From the NCBI GenBank assembly GCA_964016885.1, contig OZ024740.1, positions 388,864,001-388,928,000 on the forward strand: DNA of 64,000 nucleotides. The letters run 5' to 3'. Under the pieces are notes generated by a model. The model did no database searches. It was not told the origin of the DNA and was given only the letters and a program-made list of their open reading frames with translations. Source of the DNA: Eledone cirrhosa (taxonomy: Eukaryota). Shown here one piece after another: positions 13,900-28,172 of the stretch. Position 1 is the first letter of the stretch. Each line of letters begins with the position of its first letter. The translations under genes were made by a program, and so were the position numbers.

Positions 13900-16360
13900 C
13901 CAGGCAGAAACAGCCCTCAGTCTACATCAACTCCAGAATCACCACCTGAAGCAGCGATAAGAAGGATAGAGGAGTAGAGGGTGCTAATAATCACTGGGTT
14001 CTAACAGGCAGCCATTGGAATGTGAAAATCGGGACCTACAATGCAAGAGCACTCTCATCACATCACCTTATTACAGACCTAGAAAAGGAGCTTTCTAGGA
14101 TCAATTTCGACATCATTGGAGTTAGTGAGATGAGAAGAAAGGTCAAAGGGTGCATCCCACACTGTGACAGCGGCCACAATCTATACTACAGAAGCGATTA
14201 CACAGTGAACAGAGGAGTTGGTTTTGTCAGCCACATGTACTTTGCTGGAAGCAACACTGTTTCTACAGCCTATCTTATAGAGAGCCGCAACTCCCCATCA
14301 AGATCAACAGTAAGCACCACCTCAACATCATTCAAGTTTATTTACCAACATCTAGCTACCCAAACAAAGAGGGGGGAAAAGTCTACGAAGATATTGCCAG
14401 CTTGCTGAACAGCAACAGAACCCAACATCGTGATGGGAGATTTCAATGCAAAAGTAGGGAAAGGTTGCCCAGGAAAAGGGAGCACATGTGACTTCAGCTC
14501 CGGGGTCAGACACGACAGCTACGGGTCCAAAAACGATAGCTCCGGGGCCAGAAACGACAGCTCCGGTGCCACTAACGACATAGGAGTCATTCTCGTCAAT
14601 TTCTGCGAGTGATGGAAACTAAAAATTATGAACAAATTTTTAAGGTCAAAAGATGATGAACATGATTATTACCCAAGGGAAGCACTATTAATGAAATTGA
14701 CTACATCTTGACAGACCTTCACTGATATCTCATTCATCAACAATTTCAATACGGGTGGCGACCAACGGCTACTGTGTGCTTCTTTGACCATGAACACGAA
14801 GCTGGAGTGGGCTAAATTCGCCAAATACCTAACGAAACTGAACCTCTTCATACTATCTGACAAGGCTGTAGAATTCCAGTTACTACTGAAAAATAAGTAC
14901 GAGGTACTTGAGCAACACTAGTCAGAAGTAGACATTAGCTCCTATGCAAACAGCAGTACTACTAGCATAGTGGAGACAGCAGTAGTAATCGCTGGGAGTG
15001 GAAAGCCACCAAATGAGGATAGACTTCCAAAGGTGAACAAGCAACTAAGAGAAAAGAGACGACAGATGAAGAGAGACGGGACACACTCACAAAATGCTGA
15101 GTACTCTGAAATCTGCAAGATGACAAGACGTCACACGAAGGAAAAGATCAGACGATGTGACGAAGAGCAACAGCTCAAAGCCTTGGAATAAGGATTGAAT
15201 TCAATCAAAAGGAAACAGTGTCTAGGTAAAGATAACATCATCTTTTTGTTAGAAGAGAACGGAACACTCATCTCTGAACAAAATTGGTTTATAAAATGGT
15301 GTGAAGAATTCTAGAGAAAACTATACAGCACAAGACAACACCAGGGCCAACCATTCTCCAGTATCAAAATCTCAATATCTACTCGACCTCTTCCTATTAT
15401 TTCACCAGGGACTAGAACCAGCATTAAAGGATTAAAGAGAGACAAGGCACCAGTCAAAGACAACATTACTGCAGGTATACTTTAGGATTGTGGAGAGTCC
15501 ATTGTCATAGTACTCAACATTCTCTTCAACAGGTGTCTACAAGAAGGTTCGGTTCTTCACACCTGGAAGAATGCTGTAATAGTCTTAATCCAGGCGGAAG
15601 GTGATAAAGCAGAACTCATACCCTTTTCCTTCAAATCAGCCTCCTACCCACCATTTACAAGGTGTTTTCATACATCCTACTCTGGCGGATACTCAGTACA
15701 TTAAAGCTGCACCAACCAAGAGAGCGGACGGCATTCAGATCAGGATTCTCAAAACTAGGCCACATCCGGGTAGTTAGTCAACTATAAGAGAAGGCTAACA
15801 AATACTTCTTTCTCTGCTTCGTTTTCGTCGAATATGAAAAGGCATTTCAGCCCACTATTCAAAGCACTGGAGAACTACGGAGTGGACCTGGCTTACATCA
15901 CACTACTAAAGAATCTTTACAATGGCGTTAGACCCCCCTCACAGAAAACACCAAGACAGTGACGTGACCAAGTTAAAAAGAGGAGCAAAACAAGGATACC
16001 ACACTTCACCGAGAATGTTTACATCTTATTTACATGACGCCATTATCAACAATGTCAACTGAGAAAACATGGGTATCAACATAGATGAGGAACTCTTATG
16101 ACACCTAGATATCGCAGATGACATCGTGTTAACAGCCTATACACCTCAAGAACTGGAAGACACGCTCAATGCTATCCCCACTGAGTCAACTAGTAGTCCT
16201 TAACAGCCATTCTGAGAAAACTAAGGTCATGTTTAACAGCCACGCTAATCTATCACCAGTTATTGTAAATGAAAGGACTATCATGGAAGTAAACAGTTGT
16301 GTGTACCTGAAAAGGGAGATTGCAAGAGATGCTGCTATTTATATGCACCTCAACGCATGA
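13900..16360 (+). mobile_element. Decayed RTE-clade LINE (APE + RT), many stops and frameshifts
   Basis: APE motifs KIGTYNARAL, DIIGVSEMRR and MGDFNAKVG. RT motifs FVFVEYEKAF, GAKQG, IADDIVL and KTKVM. Confidence 0.85.
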
Positions 16361-17929
16361 ACATATCATCCTTTATATTAATTCTATGCTATCAGCGCTT
16401 CAAAGTCCGATCTCTCGGCAGGAGGTAGGAATCTGTGTAGGTCAACCAGGTAGTGAGAAGGCCCTTGGTTTTAGATTTTGGAGTAACCACCCCAATTGAA
16501 ACTGAATTTCTTCCGTTTTGTTTCATCACTTCCGATTTGGGTGATCCGTCTTTTGTGTCGTTGTCAAGCGCCCATGAATCATCAGTTAACGATTAAATAT
16601 TAATTCACCACGATCGTATATTTTTCAAGAAATGGTGCCCACTTAAGGATAACGAACGACAGAGAGAGAGGGGAGAGAGAAAGAGAGAGGGAGAAGAGAG
16701 AGAAGGAGTGAGAGACTGCAGTAGATAAGTGCAACAGTTCCATCGTTATAAACGAAACTTAATTTGCAACGTTTTGAATGTCCATTTTGGTTTGTCTTCT
16801 TAATTCTAACTCAACAAATATTGACAAATGCAAGTTTTCATAAAGGAAAGCCCATTCCTAACTAAACAGAAAAGGAGGAATTAATTGAAATCGATAATCG
16901 AAACTGCAGTTTGAACTCGTTTCGCACAATGTATCGGCCATTGGTAGCAAATATTTTTCAGAATACATTTGCTATCCAAACAAATTCTGAAACTAGTAAT
17001 ACTGTGTGAAGTACCAACGGCCTTGGAGCATATGAGATCTCTCAATATTAAAATATAATTCAACATATCACACTAATAAAAGACGAAGAAAATTACTGGG
17101 GAAAAATAAATATGTTTTGGGATATCATTAATCCAAAATGCAATTTTTATTAAAATAGAGTTCCGAAAACATTTTCTGACCCTTTGTTTCATAGCATGCC
17201 TGTACATTGGTTAAATGCTACTCAATTTTCTTTTTCTAAGAAAATCAACCGGAAATGACCATGATGTATGTCTTCTAAATTATTCTACGCTGCATCAATT
17301 GCTAGCAAATCCAATGAATAAATTTGAATTTCCGAATAGACGTTCAAGAACTTCCTTTAATTTCATTCCTAAAGTAGACATCTAATAATACTAACTACAA
17401 TACATTTCTCTAGACATTTTTTTTTTTCTGTCATATGCTTATTATGTCAACCATTTTGATTAGGTAGCAGATAAAATATATTTCCTCGGGGATAACTATA
17501 ACATAACTTCAAAGGAAATGTTCCTATTTTTATTATCATTATGTATTTTTTAATTTCTATTGCTGCTCGTTTCTATATATATTTAGAGTAACTTAAGTTG
17601 CATCAATACTTCTTTATTGTCAGCTTATTTTGTTGATTTTTTTCTATCTTTTTCTAGTTTCATCGAAGACCAATTAATTTAATATTAGTCTTATTTAATA
17701 GATTTATTATCGCTATCACTTTAGAGAAACTACTATTTTCTTTTCGTCTCCATACTCTTTCGGCATACATTCCATTTTGTAGAATATTTTTCATCTTTAA
17801 TCAATGAATTTGCAAAAAATATAATCATTTAGCGCTAAACTAGAAAATACATTGTAAACTGATAAAATTTACTTTTATTCACTTGTGTTGTGAGATTGGA
17901 CATTTATGGTAAACTGCGATTTTAAGATA

Positions 17930-18350
17930 TTCATCCTGTTTAAGGCATTTTCATACTACACACACAGGCATCCTAGACTTCATCCAAAGAATACTTACTC
18001 GATTAGTTGGTATGAGGTCAGTTACCATCACACTCCAGTCTGTTTCTACACTACACACGTGATGTTCTCTCTCTATCACTCTATCTATCTCTCTCCTCTC
18101 TCACTCTGGCTTTTTTACCGTTAATACAGTGGTATCTGCTCATCAAATCTGGCTGTTTGCCTACTACATCTACTCAAGCATTCTCCGTTCACTCTTATTT
18201 CATCATCTTGATATTCATATTGTATCCTCCACCCCAGTCCAAATACTAAGAATTACACTAAATCCTTCCTATAGAATTACTTCACTGCATGTTTTTTCTG
18301 TTACCATGGACTTGCAACTGTTCACAAGTAATGTTTACTATGTCAATCAA
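17930..18350 (+). pseudogene. Highly decayed 3' end of a CR1/Jockey-group LINE
   Basis: Remnants LWLFYR...RITSL...VFSVTMDLQLFTSNV resemble the C-terminal tail of CR1-type ORF2. Confidence 0.4.
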
Positions 18351-18959
18351 ACTGATTTCCATAGATGCGTTCTCTTCCATCAGTCCGAACCAATAAAAAA
18401 AATGACACGGTGTAATTTATTACTTTGATGCAACGCCGAAACATTGTCGGAAAAACTTTGACCAATTGAATTAATCTTAGTACATGTCTTATACTCATAA
18501 TATCGAATTGGTAAGGAAAAATTAGATCTTGAGATAATTTGAAATGAAGGCGTACAAGGACAAATCTAATATTGTAAACATTTAGATGAGCGCTGTGACG
18601 GCTCCTGTAACTTGCAACAACTCCTTTTCTTTTTATATCATTATTTCTATAAAGATATGACCATTGGATATATGGCAGGAATGAATTTCTCAAGAGATAA
18701 CTTAAGCTCCTTAAAGTTTGATCTGGCTAATGTTAAATCGACAGCAGTATATTTTGTCTCTTTAAATTACATATTATATATTGGCAGATATATGAATAAA
18801 TTTAAGTGCGTGTTTACGTAAGTATAAAAGTACACGTTATATAATTTGTTATACAATTCTAGTGGACACTTCTTGAATAGGAATTTCTCTTCTGTTCACT
18901 AAGCAGAAATGTTCAATTTTTGATATGTTGCACACTCAACTACATACGTATTTTTCTTT

Positions 18960-19147
18960 AATAACTGTTTCTACTTTTGGCACAAGGTCAGCAATTATCC
19001 CAGTGTATTACTGGTTCTTATTTTATCGACCACGTAAGGATGAAAGGCAAAGTTAACCTCGGCGGGATTTGAACTCAGTCCGTAAAGGGACGTAACTGTG
19101 CTGCAAAGCATGGCGTCCGACCCTCTACTGATACTGCCATTCCACCT
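18960..19147 (-). mobile_element. tRNA-derived SINE (same family as 8135-8465)
   Basis: Reverse complement of the same B-box and GCCTTTCATCC...GGTCGATAAAAT core. Confidence 0.75.
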
Positions 19148-20399
19148 ATTTTTCTTTAATAACGCAACTGGAATGTGAGGATTATGTTTACGATACTCTG
19201 AGGCGGTTATAAACTTGTCTTCAGAAATTATAGAAATGTACTGATTCCGATGGGCGTGAGCAAGATTGCGGGGTTGAGACTTTTTCTTTCACAACTAGTT
19301 GGTATAGGGTTCAATTCTGTTGCACGGAATTTTGATCTTATGGCTGAAATTTGATGAACGGAATATACGTAGAAGCCTGTTGGGGAAAGTGTTCCTGTTC
19401 AGACACAGCCACCTGGTCCTTAGCAGAATTCACTCAGTTGCCAACATTTAGGGAGAGACTCCAGTCTGACGATAAATTTCTACCTTTCTTCTACCTATCG
19501 TGAATGCCCTGAAAAATGTTTTATGCACTGCCCTTACTAAGCCATTAAAAAGAAGTATTGTTGAAATGAATTTATGCATGAATAGATTTCGTCTTAGTAG
19601 TTCAGAAATGTTACCTTTCTCAATATATTAGGTAACTTGATGCATAAAATAATCAGCCTCCACGATCTTAGGCAGAATATGTTTTGTCTGTAATTAAAGT
19701 TAAGATATTTAACTAAATAGGTCAAAAGAGGCAATACATCTTATTAATTAATTGTAATGGAATTTTTCAGTATGGTAATTTATAATGCAATTTAGAATAT
19801 CTAACAAATTCCGAAGTAAATTATCATCAAAACATTCATTATGAGAATTTCTCTGCCCAATTTCTCAATTATGTCAATAACGACTACAATAATTAATAGA
19901 ATAGTTTATAGCGTTGTTAAATAGGGTCGCATGTATGACAATTTTCTTCTAAGTTTTCTATTATTACATATGAAGTTAGCCAATTTGTATTTACCATAAA
20001 ATGTTTTCTGCATTCAATATTAGTCTCTATACTGCTGTCGATTATATTGGCTGTTACTCCTCTTCTACAAATTTATAATCGGATACCAATGTAAGAAAAT
20101 TATATTGCTCATTGTGTTTAAATAAATACGCATTTGTTTGTCTAATTTACTGTTTATCTCTCAGAAATCTGAAATACAATATTTACATCGACTCAAGCAT
20201 ACTTGTGTGATTAAGACATTTGCATGTCTACAGTCAGTTATACTCTACTATAGCCTGGGGGTAGCGAATACCATGACGGAAACAGTGCAGAAGCCTGTTG
20301 TATATGTACGTACTCACGTGAATACTTGTGCGCATGTGTGTCCATGTTTTCATTACATGGGTCTAAAAATAAAAAAATTGCTTACGTTGAGCCATTTTA

Positions 20400-20510
20400 T
20401 ATAACTCAGACTTTCAACAAACTGAGGTCGATGAAATAAGTACTAAAACCTTTGAAGTCAGTGTTCCAGTATGGCAACTATCTCATGGCGGAAACAATTA
20501 AAAGAATATT
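20400..20510 (+). mobile_element. SINE 3' remnant with LINE-like tail
   Basis: Core GAGGTCGATGAAATAAGTAC followed by GTGTTCCAGTATGGC...ATGGCGGAAACAATTAAAAGA, similar to the LINE 3' end at 62059-62119. Confidence 0.55.
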
Positions 20511-21495
20511 TTAGTGTTAATGTCATATACGGTTTATTGTGATCGTGTTCAGACGGCATGCAGACATCCTCTACAATTCCCTAAATGTTTCAGTAGAAAA
20601 TAACCCTAAATTAGCTGGGACAAATTTTCCTTCCTTTTCGTCATGTTATCTTCAGGAATCCGATTTAAACTAGATTCCCACATCACCAAATTTCTCAGCT
20701 AGTATCTATATCCCATCTCTTCAGCCTAGGCTACAATCTACACTCAAACTAAACTCAGAAATATGTATACTGCGCACTCGATACCACTTTCCTCGACGCT
20801 CAGCTAACTCATCTGGATGTCAGCCAAACGAACTACCATTAACTCTGGACAGGCGTCTCCGCTCAAGAAATAAATAGTATTAGGGAAAGTGAAAGCATAG
20901 AGTGCATTGGTGTGCTATAGGCTGAAAGGTAGACTTGACGATTAGTCAGAGGATCTTTCTTTCTATGCTGCTATGAATGATTTTACTTTTTTTATTTTTT
21001 ACAAGTGCAGCAGCTGTTCCATTTCAGATAACCTAGAATTGAGAGTATGATCGTAATTCAATTCAGAATTTTTGCAAACAACGCAACGTTTTTGAAACAC
21101 CAAGTTGATTAGCCTATCGCGGTAACAAGAGAAAGAATGTTGTGCTTAAAATAATTATTATATTCTTTTATAGCAATGCAGAAATAATTAGTTTCCTCAA
21201 ATTTCAGTGATCATGTTTAAGTATAGATTAGATTCCGATATTTTTTATCAAACTTAAGGAAGTAATGATAGAATAAATGAACACAGGTTGTGTTAGATAT
21301 TGCTGCTAACATAAATGTAAAAACAAAAAGGGGAAACATACATCGTAAAATAGAGAGAATAACAAAGAAATTAGAAATATTTACACGAAACCCAGTAGGT
21401 CAATTCTAGGTAAATGATTACAGGAAAAGGATTTAGGGATATTTATTCCACGAAACTATATGTATTTATATATATTGTGTCACACACGGACACAA

Positions 21496-22028
<533 letters not shown>

Positions 22029-22146
22029 TTGTTTTTTATATTTATTTTTTTATTTTTCCCTTCATATTGTGTTCTTTACTTATTAACTTCCCTCCTTACA
22101 ACCCTTCTTACTCCCTCTCGGAGTTTCTGTTCTCTCCTATCTTAAC

Positions 22147-22182
22147 TTTCCTGATGAAGAACTTAAGTCCGAAATGTTGAAA
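22147..22182 (+). ncRNA. Degenerate minimal hammerhead ribozyme motif
   Basis: TTTC-CTGATGA-AGAAC TTAA GTCC-GAAA-TGTT-GAAA. Core intact, stem I TTTC/GAAA, mismatches in stems II and III. Confidence 0.55.
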
Positions 22183-22260
22183 CCTGCTCCACTTCCACCA
22201 AGCGTGAACCTAATACAATTGTATACAATTTCCTCCTGCGTTTTGTTTGTTCTTTTAAAC

Positions 22261-22374
<114 letters not shown>

Positions 22375-22568
22375 GATAAATCTACCAAGAGTTTACGGTA
22401 GTGTCCAATCCGTATGAAGAACTCAATGTAATCCGGATATCATGGAAAGAAGAGATGCAATGAAAAATCACTTTCAGTGAAAGATAAACGGAATACAGAG
22501 TCAAGATAAAATATTTAAAAAATAATGAATAAAACAATGAAACAGTTCCTTATATTAAACAAAAAAAG

Positions 22569-22722
22569 TTCATTATTTAACGATCGTTTCTGGGATATAT
22601 ATGTGTTAGAATTGGCATGTATATTTAACAGATCTATGTACAAAATTATACAAAATTATACAAACTATCAAAATTAAATATACATACCAACTCATATATA
22701 TGCCGTCTTCAGAAATAATGAA
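22569..22722 (-). ncRNA. Family A hammerhead ribozyme with long stem II (copy 1)
   Basis: Reverse complement of the motif at 36934-37087. Confidence 0.7.
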
Positions 22723-23360
22723 ATATATTTATTGATAATAACAACAATTCAAAATTACAGGTCTGTTTGGGAACAGAGTTCAAATTGACCAATGGAAACA
22801 CAAAAAGTTTATACAGTTAGGTGTGTGTATATATGTAAGTAACTTCGTTCACAGATATGCATAAAAATATATGTTCACATGCATACGCATGCCGAAAAGA
22901 TGTATGTAAATACAAAAATTCAGGGCTAATGTCTCTGTATGTTTATAATCTACAGATAAAATACATATACGCATATAAACATATAAATATAAAAATAAAT
23001 ATATACACATTCATATACTCACACATATACATACATTCACACACACACGCGCATATACGCATAAACATACACACAACCACGAACATACATACACACACAC
23101 ACTCACACACACATATATGTGTATATAATATTATCATAAGCATATAGACATTAATGCGCGCACATAAACACTGCCACACATATTTAGATCCAGATACAGA
23201 AAGTAGGTGGGGGGGGGGGGGGAGGTCAGTATTTACTGGTGTCAGCAAACTGCCTATTTATAAATGTATCTATAAATTTAGAAATAAAAAGAAAAAGAAA
23301 AAGAAAAAGAAAAAGAAAAAGAAAAAAGAAAAATATTAAGAAAAAATATATATATATATA

Positions 23361-26300
23361 TATACGATATTAAATAAATGGAAACTATATTTATAAAACC
23401 ATATTTATTTCATTATATATATTTCAGGGATATCATATTAACAATATGTTATGCCTTCCTCAAACAAAATACAATATAGACAGTTTTATAGATAAATAGA
23501 TCTGACATACCGTTCAACATCGACTTGTATTTGAAAAAGTTGATTTGGCAGTGAAAAATTGTAAACAGAAAGAAAGAAAGAGAGAAAGAAGGAAAGAAAG
23601 AAAGAAAACGAAGAAAAAGAAGAAAAAGAAGAAATGCATGCAACAAAATAGAGAGATGGAAAGATAGATAAAGAGAAGAACTTCATGTAAAGAAACAGAG
23701 AGAGATATATATAGAGAGAGGAAATAGATAGAGATAGACATATATAGAGAGAAAAAAGTAGGTAGTTGGACATCCGTTGAATGAACGTATCAATGATACA
23801 TTTATTTATTTATTTATTTATTTAGCTCTAGTATTAATGTAAGGGAGATATATGTGGTTAGGAAAGAAACCAGCCGTTATATAGAGAGAAAAATGAAAAG
23901 TAACCAGACATAGGCGAGGCATAATTTAAAAACCCTAAATGTAGAAATATTAGTACGTATAAAAACCAGGCACCATAATGTAAATATCAGTATTCCTGAA
24001 TGAGACACGCATCCATAATATGTGAAAAGTAATGATCTTATGTTTAGTTTTAAAAATTCATATGTTTATATGATAACTACAAACATCGATGTGAATTTAC
24101 GTGATCAACTCTGCAAACCCCTATTTCACACGGAGAACATTCTCATTGTGCTATAAAAATTTAAGTATACATATATGTATATATATATACACATATATAT
24201 AGAGTCTATATTAATTTTAACAATACTATTCTTGTCTTTACTCTACATGATTATCTATCAAGCAGAAATAGAGAACAGATTTCAATATATTAATAAAAAA
24301 TATCAGAAACAAAAACTAAAAATAATAATAATAATAATAATAAATAATAATAAAATAGAAAACTAAAAAATATTACATATTAAAAAATATTACATATTAA
24401 AAATAAAAATATTAGAAAATATTACAATAATAAAAATAAAAACATAATAGAAACATAATATGCCACGCAGATCGACCACAAAGATCAACCCTTCAAAATT
24501 AATTGACAATATATTGCCAAGTTCACTATAAGCATCAGAGTCGAAAACAGATAAAGCTAAAAATTATTTATCAAATCGCGTCTAGCAAAAATCATTTCAA
24601 AAAGTTTAGGATGCCCATTTGGTCTACATGTGTTCTTATATTTAATATAGAAGTTTATCTAGTGTAACGTTTATTCGAAATATTTGGAGCATCAACTTTT
24701 AGGGTAGTTTAATTTTTCATGAAGAATGTTTAAATAAAAATATATAAAAATAAAAAGAAGAATAAAAAGAAGAAATCGAAAGATTTATCGGCTAGTTTCC
24801 CAAATAATTATAAATCAAACTAAATATACTACATTTTAAATTTAAATTTATATTTAAAAGTTGAGTTTAATCTATGTTTGCAGCAACTGAATAAATTTGT
24901 CCGTAGATTAAGGGAATTTTTAGATTTTAGTATAAAGAATATCTCCTCTGCGCAGAGGTCACATGTCTCAGAGGATGAATTAAAAGAAATCCCTCTTGAG
25001 ACTATATTCCAAGCCGTCGAATATCTAACGTTATCTTGCCTAAGTTGCCAGAGTACGCCTGATAGTGCTGTTGAAGATTTTTTGCTTGGATCTGTGAAAG
25101 AATTCTTGTGGTTATTATAGCGAAGTTTAAATTCCGTCGATGTGGAACCGACGTAGTTAAAAGAATTAGAGTCAGTTTTAACATTACCATTGTATATTAT
25201 ATTTTTAACTAAGCAGTTGTTATTTAACGGACATTTAGATCTATCTCTACAGTTTCATTTGTTAACTTGTATATTATTTATGCTATTATCGCTAGGTTTT
25301 AAGTTCCTATTATTTATTCTATTAATATTTTGTGCTAAATTTTTGGTGGATGAGTAGGTTAATTTTATAGTATGTCTATTGAAAATTGAGTGATACCTAT
25401 GTGTTCTAGGGAAGCGATTATCAAGAGCTTTAAAAAATAGTTTAGCGATGTGGGTTTTAATGTTTAGTGAGAAAGGGGGGGGGGGCAAACCATATTATGT
25501 TCCTAGTTCTATTTCTTTTTTGGCTTTTGGAATTATTGTAATGCTTTCTATTATAGTTGTTAAGGTTGTTGCCGTAATTAAAATAGTTGTTATTTTGTTT
25601 AGTTTGTCTATCATTATCTATGTACATAATCTTATCACTATATCCTGCTCTAGCTAACGCTTCATTGTAGTACTGGGCTTTTTCGTCGAAAATCTTTCTA
25701 TTAGACGAGATTCTAGAGATACGTTTTTGAACAGAGTTTACTATAGTGTTTTTGACAGATCTGGGGTGGTTAGAGTTAAAGCTGACATAGTTTAAGTTTT
25801 CATTCAACTTGTGAAAAGGATAGTGAAGACATGTGTTGAGATTTAATGTTATATCTAGGAAATTGACTATTCTATGGTTGTTCTCAATTTCTATTTTAAG
25901 ATTAAAGTAATTAAAAAATTGTGTAATTTGTTTTCTTTTTCTATTTAGTTCAGAGTTATTATTATCAATAAGTAAAAGCATGTCATCTCTATATAAACCT
26001 CCGGTAGTACCAGGTATTTTCCTATGTAGCGAATTGATTAAAAATAAGCCCACAAGGTCAGTTACCTGAGCTGAGTCGGATGATCCCATAGTAATGTCAA
26101 AATTGCTATCTCTATCTGCTCTGGTCCATAGTTGGTCATTAAATTCTATCAATGTTTTCCTAGCCGATAATATAATGTGCATTTCATTGCTAGTTAGGTC
26201 TGTATGTTTGAATGCGTAATTTAGTGCCTTATTTAGTAGATTAGGGGTAATAGAAGAATAATAGTTAGCAATATCAAGTTGAATAAACTTATTATTATTG

Positions 26301-26480
26301 TTATATTTAATTTGCTTAAACCACTCAACAACCTCTCCAGTTGCCTTCCACAAGCTCAGGTTAGGTAAACAATCCAAGTTCTTAATTTGCTGTAGCACCC
26401 TGTCAAGAATGTTTTTGCTTAATTTGCCCAGGTCCGATTTTGATGGTACGATCAATCTAACTGGCAAGTCATTTTCAAAA
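23361..26480 (-). mobile_element. PLE family B, left arm of palindrome (5'-truncated RT + GIY-YIG + 3' region)
   Basis: Near-exact reverse complement of 26521-29638. RT motifs QLDIANYY, MGSSDSA, LYRDD, FLDI. Carries an extra TGA at 25255-25257. Confidence 0.93.
23406..23471 (-). ncRNA. Family B hammerhead ribozyme, mirror copy with mutated core (UUGAGGA)
   Basis: Reverse complement of 29530-29595 with a C>T change at the first core position. Confidence 0.6.
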
Positions 26481-26520
26481 GGAATTTTGATCACAAAAGG
26501 AATTTTGATCACAAAAGGAA

Positions 26521-28172
26521 TTTTGAAAATGACTTGCCAGTTAGATTGATCGTACCATCAAAATCGGACCTGGGCAAATTAAGCAAAAACATTCTTGACA
26601 GGGTGCTACAGCAAATTAAGAACTTGGATTGTTTACCTAACCTGAGCTTGTGGAAGGGAACTGGAGAGGTTGTTGAGTGGTTTAAGCAAATTAAATATAA
26701 CAATAATAATAAGTTTATTCAACTTGATATTGCTAACTATTATTCTTCTATTACCCCTAATCTACTAAATAAGGCACTAAATTACGCATTCAAACATACA
26801 GACCTAACTAGCAATGAAATGCACATTATATTATCGGCTAGGAAAACATTGATAGAATTTAATGACCAACTATGGACCAGAGCAGATAGAGATAGCAATT
26901 TTGACATTACTATGGGATCATCCGACTCAGCTCAGGTAACTGACCTTGTGGGCTTATTTTTAATCAATTCGCTACATAGGAAAATACCTGGTACTACCGG
27001 AGGTTTATATAGAGATGACATGCTTTTACTTATTGATAATAATAACTCTGAACTAAATAGAAAAAGAAAACAAATTACACAATTTTTTAATTACTTTAAT
27101 CTTAAAATAGAAATTGAGAACAACCATAGAATAGTCAATTTCCTAGATATAACATTAAATCTCAACACATGTCTTCACTATCCTTTTCACAAGTTGAATG
27201 AAAACTTAAACTATGTCAGCTTTAACTCTAACCACCCCAGATCTGTCAAAAACACTATAGTAAACTCTGTTCAAAAACGTATCTCTAGAATCTCGTCTAA
27301 TAGAAAGATTTTCGACGAAAAAGCCCAGTACTACAATGAAGCGTTAGCTAGAGCAGGATATAGTGATAAGATTATGTACATAGATAATGATAGACAAACT
27401 AAACAAAATAACAACTATTTTAATTACGGCAACAACCTTAACAACTATAATAGAAAGCATTACAATAATTCCAAAAGCCAAAAAAGAAATAGAACTAGGA
27501 ACATAATATGGTTTGCCCCCCCCCCCTTTCTCACTAAACATTAAAACCCACATCGCTAAACTATTTTTTAAAGCTCTTGATAATCGCTTCCCTAGAACAC
27601 ATAGGTATCACTCAATTTTCAATAGACATACTATAAAATTAACCTACTCATCCACCAAAAATTTAGCACAAAATATTAATAGAATAAATAATAGGAACTT
27701 AAAACCTAGCGATAATAGCATGAATAATATACAAGTTAACAAATGTAACTGTAGAGATAGATCTAAATGTCCGTTAAATAACAACTGCTTAGTTAAAAAT
27801 ATAATATACAATGGTAATGTTAAAACTGACTCTAATTCTTTTAACTACGTCGGTTCCACATCGACGGAATTTAAACTTCGCTATAATAACCACAAGAATT
27901 CTTTCACAGATCCAAGCAAAAAATCTTCAACAGCACTATCAGGCGTACTCTGGCAACTTAGGCAAGATAACGTTAGATATTCGACGGCTTGGAATATAGT
28001 CTCAAGAGGGATTCCTTTTAATTCATCCTCTGAGACATGTGACCTCTGCGCAGAGGAGATATTCTTTATACTAAAATCTAAAAATTCCCTTAATCTACGG
28101 ACAAATTTATTCAGTTGCTGCAAACATAGATTAAACTCAACTTTTAAATATAAATTTAAATTTAAAATGTAG
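26521..28172 (+). pseudogene. PLE RT-GIY-YIG polyprotein, 5'-truncated, frameshift in C11 run at 27516-27526 (Hydra-clade-like)
   Basis: RT (LYRDD), linker CNCRDRSKCPLNNNCL, GIY-YIG NIIY...YVGST..FKLRYNNH, C-terminal CDLC...CCKH. Confidence 0.9.

Noticed and set aside
25457-26512. ORF with N-terminus MIKIPFVIKIPF as a separate gene
   Set aside because: The N-terminus is the antisense reading of the 18-bp junction stutter; the rest is the truncated PLE RT.
27516-27530. Programmed ribosomal frameshift between RT and EN in family B
   Set aside because: The needed shift is +1 in a C11 run and family A is in frame here. Homopolymer slippage is simpler.
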